DNA of 38,186 nt from an uncultured delta proteobacterium (GTDB lineage Bacteria > Desulfobacterota > RBG-13-43-22). Below the pieces are notes generated by a model, which saw only the letters and a program-made list of their open reading frames with translations, ran no database searches and was not told the origin of the DNA. Within the stretch, counting starts at the first letter, position 1, and each line of letters begins with the position of its first letter. The stretch covers positions 1 through 38,186 of the forward strand of contig CAVUPH010000004.1 in assembly GCA_963743305.1 (NCBI GenBank), in the 5' to 3' direction. Below are positions 8,853 through 17,333 of the stretch, one piece after another. The position numbers and the translations under genes are program-made.

Positions 8853-11800
8853 TCACTTCTCGGGCAGCTTCCAGCCGTTATCCACGGGAAGGTCCATATG
8901 AAAACGGGTGGGGCGCCCTGGCTCGCTTTCCACGCTCAATACACCGCCATGGTCCTTGACGATCCCATAGCTGATGGAAAGTCCCAGGCCGGTGCCGGTT
9001 TCCTTGGGTTTGGTGGTGAAGAAAGGATCAAATATCCGATCCCTGATTTCCTCCGGAACGCCGATACCCGAGTCTTCAACGGTGGTTCGGATGAACCGAC
9101 GGCCTTCTTTCTTGATCAAAGCGGCGAAAACCCGAAGTCTTTTTTCCGGGCTGTAACCGGGGAAGCGTTCGTTGAGCGCATCCCGGGCGTTGGTCATGAG
9201 GTTCATCACCACCTGTTGCATTTGCTGACTGCGGCACTTGATTTTGGGCAGATCTTCCGGAATATCCAGTTCCAGAGTCGATTTGATCGTGCCGCATCAC
9301 CGTTTGAACCAGCGAAAGTACCGAGGCGATGATATCCGAAAGCCGGGCCGGGCTATGGGATTGTTTTTCGTGCCGGGCAAAAGTCAGCAGGTTTTGCACG
9401 ATTTTGGCAATGCGGTCGGTTTCGCGGAGGATCTCCCGGGCGAACTCCGTGGCCGGGTCCGCTTGATCCACTCGGTCCAGGATCAATTGGGCATAGTTCA
9501 TGATACCGTTGATGGGATTGTTGATTTCATGGGCTACCCCGCCGGCCAGGGTCCCGAGGGATTCGATCTTCTGTGAGTGCATGCAGTTGTTCTTTCAGCT
9601 TCAGGGTCTCGGTGATATCCCGGGAGTTGAGAACGACTCCCTGTACGTTTCCGGTCGGGTCGAAGGCTGGAAAATACGAAACGTCCATAATCCTCGGGCC
9701 GGGCCCTGCAAATTCGAAGGTTTCCTGAAAATGGACCGGCCGGCCGGCCAGAGCCTGGTCGAGTCGGGGTTGAATCTTTTCCCGGAACAAGGAAGTCCCC
9801 AAGACTTCAGGTACCGCGTGCCCCACGACCTTCTCCCGTGGCAGGCGGTGCGCCCTCAAAACGCTCTCATTTACGGCATCATAGATGTAATTCCTGCTGA
9901 CCAAGCCCATCAAGTCCTGAGAGGTGGAAACGATGCGCTCGTACTGGTGCAGGGTCTCCTCCACCCGCTTGCGTTCGGCGATGAAACGGGCCTGCTGGAT
10001 GTTTTGATAGGCCATAGTGGAAATCTGTTTGGCCACCACAAAAAGGACTTGGGCCACCCTTTCAAATTGTTTCGACGACATGACTGGAACTTGGCGATAA
10101 GCGGCCCGAAAAGCCTTTTCATCCGCCCCGATCTCTCGGCAGTAGGGAATGACCTCTTCCTCTTTTTGGGCTTCATCTCGGACTTGGCCGATCAACCAGT
10201 TGGCGACATGATAACCGCCCACCGTGATGCTGGCTCCGGCATTACAAAGTCCGGCGCTCAGGCAGGGCTGAATATTAGGTCCGGAGGGATTTTGCCTTCC
10301 AATCAGGGCATCCGAGCGGCTGCAGTTTTCAAACCCTTTGCTGGTCTGGCGGATGATTTCACCGCAGAGAGGAGTAAAGTTGCTCGGTTGGGTAATGGGC
10401 GTCCCATCCGGGCGGGTCATGAGTGCCGCCACGCCGAAGGCCTGGGCATAGAGATCTTGCAGTTGCTGGATATCGGCGAGATTGAACATGTCTTCAAAGC
10501 CAATCTCGTCGGCGACTTCCAGGGGTTGGGTCAAAGCCACGAGGCGCTTTTCGAGGGCCTCCTCCACCCGCTTGCGCTCGGAGATATCCAGATGCGTTCC
10601 GACAGCCCGCAAGGGGCAGCCCGCGGTATCGCGCTCGATGACCCGTCCCCGGTCCAGCACCCACACCCAGGAACCGGATTTATGGCGCAGGCGGTGCTCC
10701 GTCTCGTAGGAAGGAGTCCGACCTTCCAAATGAGCGGTCAAGACCTCGAGCACTCGAGGCAGATCATCGGGATGGATGAGGGTCTCCCAGGCTTCTAACC
10801 GCGGTTCGATCTCCTCCAACCGGTAACCCAGCATTTCCGCCCAGCGATCGTTAAAGCGGGTCTCTCCGGTTGGGACGTTCCAATCCCAGCTTCCCAAGTC
10901 CGCTCCCTGGAGGGCCAGGGCCAGTCGTTCCTGGTGATCCTTGGCCGCGGCCTCGGCGCGGGTGCGTTCGGTAATATCGATGGCGATGCCCACCAGACCC
11001 TGTTGTCGCCCGTCCGGGGTGAAATAGGGCGAGTAGACCGTGTCGAAAACCACCTCTTCTATGATATCGATGGTGCGAGTGCTTTTACCTGCCAGGGCCT
11101 GCTTGATTCCCTCAACGACCGAGGGAATGTCCCGGTATAACTCGAAGGCCGATTGCCCCACCACTTGACCCGGTTGGAGTCCAAGTTTGGCCAATCCCTG
11201 ACCTTCCGACAACTGGAAGACGCCGTTCTCATCCAGAATGAAGATGATCGGTTGGGCGCTCTCCACCAAAACCCGGTACTTTTGCTCGCTTTCCCGCAGG
11301 GCGATTTGGGCCTGCTTGTGTTCCGTGATGTCGGAATGGGACCCGGCGACCCGAACGGCCTTTCCGGTCGGGTCCGATTCGACGACCTTGCCCCGCCCTA
11401 ATATCCAACGCCAATCCCCGTTTTTGGCCTGGAAGCGGAATTCGATGGCGAAGGGGGAATGTTCCTCGATGGCCCGCTGCACGGCCTGTTCCGCCGGGCC
11501 TCGATCCTCCGGGTGTATTAAGTGGCGCCAGCTATCAAAGGACCCGGGGAATTCGTCCGGCTCATAGCCCAGCATGGCGTAATAACGGGGACTGAAATAC
11601 ACCCGCCCGGTTTGGAGATTCCAATCCCAGATGCCGTCGGAAGTGCCTTCGAGTGCCAGGCGAAGTCGTTCTTCACTCAGGCGCCCGGCCTCTTCCGTTC
11701 GCTTCAAGTCGTCGAACCGCTGCTCCAATTCCTTCCAGCTCTGCCGCAACTGGGCCGTCATGCTGTTAAAGGCGACGGCCAGGCGGGCCACCTCTTCCGG

Positions 11801-12838
11801 CCCTTCGGCGGGGGCCTGCAGGTCGCTTTCGCCCGCGGCGATCCGCGAGGCGGTATTGGTCAGGTTGATCACCGGAGCGGCCAGACGTCTGGCCAAGAAT
11901 AATCCGAAAATTCCGGCCAGGGCCGCCAGGACCAGGGTGAGGCCGGCCGATGTCGCCGTGCCCCAAAGGATATCCCGATAGGCCTCCTTCCAGGGCAATT
12001 CAGTGATCACCGCCCAATCGGGGGATTTCAGGGGAACGTAGGTGCCGACCACATTGGAACCCAGGATCCCCTGATAACGGATCGCCTGTTTGGGCATTTG
12101 GCCTTGGTGGTTTTGAATGAAATCGGCGACGGCTCTTAATCGGGAAACGTTTTCGCCCTTCAACACCCGGGACGTGTCGTGAAAAGCGATCAAATCCCCT
12201 TTCCGGTCGGAAACGTAGACGTACCCCGTCCGACCGACTTTGAGCAGATCAACGATATCCCACATCGACTTCAAATTGAGTTCGGCGGTCAGCGTTCCCA
12301 GGTAGTCACCGAAAACGTCGGTTACCGGGACGGACATTGCAGTCAGGGGTTCGCTGGTTGAGGGGTCGATATAAACCGGACTGATCATTCGCTTGATCGA
12401 TGCCTTGGGGGGAGACCGGAGTCCCGGGAGAAGATCCAGGAAATGGGGTGAGGCCTGGGTTGAAAGCCGGGAAGCCTGAGCCGTGATCCGGTTTTGGGCG
12501 TTCCTGAGGACGATCCGTCTGAAAGCCGGACGGAGCCCCAGCAGGGCCTGGAGAATCTCACGCTGCTGCGCTGAAGATTTCCTCTCCGGATCGGTCAGCC
12601 GTAGGGTCGTTTCCAAGACGCTGAAATTTTCCTGGATGAAACTGCTGACCGTCTTGCCGGCTTCCTGGGCAATCAGTTGCTGACTATTGAGTATCACCGA
12701 CTCCCGGGTCCGGTAATCAGTAAAGGTCTCGAAAGTGCCGTAGAGCACGAGGAGCACGATGCTCAAAATAATGAAGGATGCCGCCAGGGTCTTGGTTAAC
12801 GGCGGAGCGGCCCGCGACTTTTTAGCTTCCTTCAGCAT
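8853..12838 (-). CDS. Membrane sensor histidine kinase: TM-Cache-TM-HAMP-PAS/PAC x3-PocR-PAS-HisKA-HATPase, with frameshifts near 9585 and 9230-9270
   Basis: 1103-aa ORF with two TM segments, HAMP (EEVARLAVAFNSMT), PAS_3 repeats (GIWDWN..IHPED) and PocR (IQQLQD..C..C..SD..C..NWLIGQV). It continues in other frames as LAGGVAHEINNPING and MNLMTNARDA..DPFFTTK..GTGLGLSISYGIV. Confidence 0.88.
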
Positions 12839-12910
12839 GGAGGTTCTTCTAGTCTCTCCAGGGAAGGAGGTCTTTCCCGTTCGGTCTTTCCAGGAGAAAA
12901 GAGCCCTGTT

Positions 12911-13969
12911 TCACTGGATGACTTCATCCGCCTCTTTCAGTAGTCCAGGCGGAAACTGAAGGCCCAGCTTTCCAGCAGCCCGGGCGTTGATCTGAAAATA
13001 ACTCTCGGCCGAGATTACCGGGATCGTGCCTACCGGGATGCCTCTCAAGACTTTGTGGGCCTGCAGGGCGGCTAGCTTCCCCACCGCCTGGTTTTCCGTG
13101 GCCACCCCGAAGACCGTTGAATAGCCTTCCAAGGAATACAAGACCCCTCCGATGGGGATCCGGTGGGCGAAGGCAAATTGGCCGATCTTCGGAAAGACGG
13201 CGGGTGTTCGAGTCAGAGGCTCGGCAATAAACAGGACGGCGTCGATGCCGATATCGGCGCTCTTCTCCCGTTTTTTTAAATCCGCCAGCAGTTCGGCGGC
13301 GCTGTCGGCGGGCGCTTCCACCAAGGTAACCCCCGCTGCTGCGGCCGCCGTCCGCAGTGCCGCCAGTTGGGCGGGCACTATAGGCGAATGTTTGGTATAA
13401 GGCACCCAGAAGCGTTTGGCCTGCGGCATCAGCTCGTGCAGGATTTCAAAGCGCTTAAGGGCCAGATCCGGGCCGGGAAAGCGAACGCCGGTGATGTTTT
13501 CGCCCGGTTCCTGCAAGCTCTGGATCAGGCCGAGGCCTTCGACATTGGTCTGGCAAAAGACCACGGGTATATTGGTCCCCCGGGTGGCGGCCTTGGCCTC
13601 TACAGATACCTCTGAGGGAAATACCAGCATCAGGTCGACACGGTCCTCCACAAATTTACGGAGGATCCGTTCTTCCGCCGCGGCGTTGAAGTTGGTTCGG
13701 TGCAGGTCATAGACGATGTTCTGGTTCTCCAGGTAACCCAACTCGTTCATTTTGGTCTTGAAACCGTCCACCGTTGTGGCAAAAACATCCAAGCCGCACA
13801 GAATCCCCACCCGGTAGGCCCTGGCTTTGGGCTCGTCGCAACCGTTCAATGCCAGGGCGACCACCATTCCTAGAAGGCCTATCCCAAAAATCTGGATCGT
13901 ACCCCTAAGCAACCGGCGTAGCGGAGGGCAAGATGCCTGATTTACTGGGGAGCCCTCTATTTTTTCCAT
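12911..13969 (-). CDS. ABC_sub_bind family solute-binding lipoprotein with no adjacent permease or ATPase
   Basis: Hydrophobic segment plus lipobox LNGC; motifs VDGFKTKMNELGYLENQNI, IPVVF, PGENITGV, KVLRGIPVGTIPV, INARAAGKLGL. Confidence 0.85.
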   Translation of the reverse strand: MEKIEGSPVNQASCPPLRRLLRGTIQIFGIGLLGMVVALALNGCDEPKARAYRVGILCGLDVFATTVDGFKTKMNELGYLENQNIVYDLHRTNFNAAAEERILRKFVEDRVDLMLVFPSEVSVEAKAATRGTNIPVVFCQTNVEGLGLIQSLQEPGENITGVRFPGPDLALKRFEILHELMPQAKRFWVPYTKHSPIVPAQLAALRTAAAAAGVTLVEAPADSAAELLADLKKREKSADIGIDAVLFIAEPLTRTPAVFPKIGQFAFAHRIPIGGVLYSLEGYSTVFGVATENQAVGKLAALQAHKVLRGIPVGTIPVISAESYFQINARAAGKLGLQFPPGLLKEADEVIQ

Positions 13970-14161
13970 GTCAGCATTTCCCTTACAGTCAATCTTTGTC
14001 CCCTCCTGAACCGGGCCGAACCCAATTCTGCTGTCTTATCGGACAAAGAGAGCGGATCTTTAATTAGAATCGCGGCCCCTCACCGGGTAACATCGAAGGA
14101 CCTAATTTTCCCCGGTCCTGATAACAGACCCGCCAGGGTCTAGCAATGGGCCGTCGCGGTT

Positions 14162-15184
14162 CTAAAAGTGTTGCTTCAGTAATTGGTTGATCTCCTCGGG
14201 ATAGGCCATGCACAGGGTTTCATTAAACAGGTTGCGCAGAGCGCCGATGTCCGGGGTCCCCAATTTCTGGCTGAAAAAGGTGCGCGGTGAGAAGAGCAGG
14301 TGAAACCGGAAGTGGGCGTCGGTTTTCGTCCCGGTGAAAAAGTTCATGTTGAAACTATAAATTCCCATCCGGTCGTAGGCGGCCATGACCCTGGTCAGGC
14401 CGGCAGCGATGTCCAAAAGATCCTGATCGGTTAGTTCCAGCGTACTCCGGGCGTCTTCCGCGACCGCCAGCACGTCCCCGGCAACGCCCAGAGGGGCAAA
14501 GGCCGTCGTCCAGTGGGTTCGGCCTATTTTTCCCAAATACCGTTCGCCTGATTTCCTCTCGGCCGTCACTAGATCATCCCAGTAGTTGGATCCCTGATTC
14601 TCCTGGTAACGCTTTGAGGCCTCCAGCTCCTGACGCATCAGGTTGGGCGCGGAGGAGGAGGAGAAAACCTGCAGGTGAGGATGAATGAGCGTGCTTCCGG
14701 CCGGCGGCATGTAATTCCAATTGATGAGGTGGTAGACGGATTCGGGATGGCCGCTGGCCTCGACCCGCCGGAAAAATTCCAAGGCCAAGGCGAAGGTCGA
14801 CGCCATTTGCGCCGGCTCGAAAGCGGTCATGGGGATATAATGGCGGGCGCCGAAGGTGGCTACGGCCCCGATGCTGTCGTAAGGGGCGATATTCGGGAAA
14901 AGCACCATATCGTTTTTTTGCAGACGGCCTTCCGGGATGAGATCTCGGGGAAAGCAGGGGGTCACCTCCAATACCTTTTCGGGGCAGAACGGGCACCAGG
15001 CTTCGGTTCCCGCGACCAGGGCCTGGAAATCGGGTTTTTCCCATTGCAGCTTCATGAAATGGCAGATCCGGGCGGTTCGTCCGGTCAGGGGATCGGTGCG
15101 GATTTCACTGGAGATACGCCGTTCGGTCCCATCCTTTTGAGGGTCGGATATAACGGTTTCTTTGACGATGACCTCGAATTTCAT
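14162..15184 (-). CDS. GalT-like (HIT superfamily) nucleotidyltransferase
   Basis: EIRTDPLTG, CPFCP, FPNIAPY, NWNYMPPAGSTLIHPHLQ (catalytic HxHxQ). Confidence 0.85.
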   Translation of the reverse strand: MKFEVIVKETVISDPQKDGTERRISSEIRTDPLTGRTARICHFMKLQWEKPDFQALVAGTEAWCPFCPEKVLEVTPCFPRDLIPEGRLQKNDMVLFPNIAPYDSIGAVATFGARHYIPMTAFEPAQMASTFALALEFFRRVEASGHPESVYHLINWNYMPPAGSTLIHPHLQVFSSSSAPNLMRQELEASKRYQENQGSNYWDDLVTAERKSGERYLGKIGRTHWTTAFAPLGVAGDVLAVAEDARSTLELTDQDLLDIAAGLTRVMAAYDRMGIYSFNMNFFTGTKTDAHFRFHLLFSPRTFFSQKLGTPDIGALRNLFNETLCMAYPEEINQLLKQHF

Positions 15185-15247
15185 GACTCCTCCTTCCCAG
15201 ACGGTTCTTGGATGATCTCTTCCCGTACCGGGCCAAGCAGATTAGTT

Positions 15248-16324
15248 CTATGATCCGGGGTAAAATTTTTCTAAACATTCGGGGCAAAGTCCGTGGGTGA
15301 ATTCGGCCTCCGAACGTTCTCCAATAAAGCTCTCAATTTGTTGCCAATAACCCTGGTCATTGCGTATTTTCTTGCAGCCGGCACAAATGGGCAGCAAACC
15401 GCTTAATGTTTTTATCTTTTGAAAGGCTTCGCGGAGTTCGACGATGAGTTTTTCCCTTTCCGCTTCGGCCTGCTTCCGCTCGCTAATATCTCTGAAATGG
15501 GATAAAATAACCGGTTCTTCGCGCAAGATAATCCTAACGGTCGAGATTTCGACATGAAAGGGGGAGCCGTCTTTTCGGATGGCCTTAAACTCATATTGCG
15601 ATTCCGGCGATCTCCCCCTTTCCCGCTGTCGGTTCCGTTCTCTGACCATTTCCACATCATCGGGATGTACGGTTAAAGCTAGATCCATTCCTAAGACCTC
15701 TTCAGGATCCCGGTATCCAAACATTTCCAGAAATTTGGTATTGACGTATTGGTGCCGGCCTTCCTTAACAATGGATACCCCGTCATTTGAGCTTTCAATG
15801 GCGGTCCGGTATCGTTCTTCGGATTCCAGAAGTTTCGCTTCTGTTTTATGGGTATCATCAATATCTATTACGAAAAGCAATAATCCGATCAGTTCCCCCT
15901 GTTCATCAAAGAGGGGAAGTTTGTCGGTCTTAACCCAAATCCTTTTGCCGCCGGAAATCCGCATTTCCTCCCTAATGCCGAGTTTGGGTTTTTGGGAGCG
16001 GATCACTTCCAAGTCGTCTTGATAATATTTTTCCGCCTCTTCCGGGAAGAGCTGATAGGCGCTCTTTCCTTCGATAGCTTCAACGGCCAAACCCATGGCT
16101 TGAGCCGCCGCTTGGTTCACTTTAATGAAGCGGTTATTCAGGTCTTTAAACCAGACCAAGGCCGGTACAGAATCGAAAATAACCTGATAATCTTGAGCGG
16201 CTTTTCGTAAGGCCGCCTCTGTCTGCTGACGAAAAGTCTCAGCGATTTCCAGGTCAGCAACCCGTTTTTGCAGGCTAGAGATCATCTCGCTTGAGGGATG
16301 TTCCTCAGGTTTTATATCGGGCAT
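15248..16324 (-). CDS. PAS-PAC/PAS-PAC protein with a C-terminal CxxC...H..CxxC putative zinc-binding domain and no kinase output
   Basis: Two PAS/PAC domains, then IKTLSGLLPICAGCKKIRNDQGYWQQIE..FTHGLCPEC. The likely start is MPDIK at 16324 (GAGG upstream). Confidence 0.85.
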   Translation of the reverse strand: MPDIKPEEHPSSEMISSLQKRVADLEIAETFRQQTEAALRKAAQDYQVIFDSVPALVWFKDLNNRFIKVNQAAAQAMGLAVEAIEGKSAYQLFPEEAEKYYQDDLEVIRSQKPKLGIREEMRISGGKRIWVKTDKLPLFDEQGELIGLLLFVIDIDDTHKTEAKLLESEERYRTAIESSNDGVSIVKEGRHQYVNTKFLEMFGYRDPEEVLGMDLALTVHPDDVEMVRERNRQRERGRSPESQYEFKAIRKDGSPFHVEISTVRIILREEPVILSHFRDISERKQAEAEREKLIVELREAFQKIKTLSGLLPICAGCKKIRNDQGYWQQIESFIGERSEAEFTHGLCPECLEKFYPGS

Positions 16325-16671
16325 GGGTTGAACCTCACAAAAAGTAGGTCTTCGATCAGGAGCCAGGCGTTTCTTTAGGTAACGAGACCATGTTAAAATA
16401 ATTTTATCATATTTGATCCCGGTTTCCAAGTTTATCAAAGTCCGTACAAATACTTTAAAAGGTCAAACCCTCTATGAAAAGATTGAAATCTTGATTTTCC
16501 GGCTTGAAAGGTCCATATTAAAAGACGTTATCTTTAAATCTGTTAATTGGTTTTTATTACAGGCAGAAATATTTAAAATATTTTTGGCTAGACTTAGTCA
16601 GCGTTTGAGAATTAAGTCCTGCGGCTGAACCCAAAGCTATTATTGAATTTCAGTTGAAGAGCCAACCGGCT

Positions 16672-16840
16672 ATGACCAAATATCAGTTATCGACTTTTCC
16701 CGATAGGTGCGCCGGGTGTCTGCGCTGCCAATTGGCTTGTTCGGAAGTCTATACTCGGGCCTTTAACCCCTCATCGGCCCGAATCCGGGTGGAGCTCTAC
16801 GGCGCCGATTGCACCATGGCCTTTAGCGAGGATTGCAATC
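16672..16840 (+). pseudogene. N-terminal half of a 4Fe-4S dicluster ferredoxin-like protein (AOR partner), truncated
   Basis: MTKYQLSTFPDRCAGCLRCQLACS..FNPSSARIRV..FSEDCN; the second CxxCxxC motif breaks off after its first Cys. Confidence 0.75.
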
Positions 16841-16841
16841 C

Positions 16842-17213
16842 TGGTTTGCCATCCTCGGGTCCCTGGGACTTTGCGCTCGGGGGCAAGTCAACCGTTTCTA
16901 CAGCGCCGCACTCTGTACCGATCTGTATCGGGCGGTGACCGGCCTGGCTACCGATCTGGAAGCGCTGCGACAAGGAGCCGACCGGGTCTGGACCCTGCTG
17001 CGGCTGGCCAACCTTCGGGAGGGATTCTCCCGGAAGGAAGACGGTTTTCCGGAGCAATGGTTCGGGGCCGAAGGTTTTCGGGATTACCTGACCGACGTCC
17101 CGGTCACCCGGGAAGCCCTGGAGCAGATGGTGGGGGATTATTACGACGAACAGGGCTGGGACCGCGAGACCGGCGTTCCCACCCGGCGCCGACTGGAGGA
17201 GCTGGGCTTATAG
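16842..17213 (+). pseudogene. C-terminal fragment of a tungsten aldehyde:ferredoxin oxidoreductase
   Basis: WFAILGSLGLC, LYRAVTG, ADRVWTLLRLANLREGFSRKED, DYYDEQGWDRETGVPTRRRLEELGL; about 120 aa of a normally about 600-aa protein. Confidence 0.85.
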
Positions 17214-17333
17214 AGGCTCGCTGGATTCACTTCCCTCTTTCTGTTGAAAGGCTAGCGGCTTGCCGGACAGGTACCTGAAGAGGCCCACCTATGGTCGAGA
17301 GAGTATAGCCGCGGGTCGCTGGTGAGGGTGATC

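Noticed and set aside
9500-10798. 432-aa plus-strand ORF and similar long antisense ORFs
   Set aside because: These are shadow frames of GC-rich genes with no recognisable motifs
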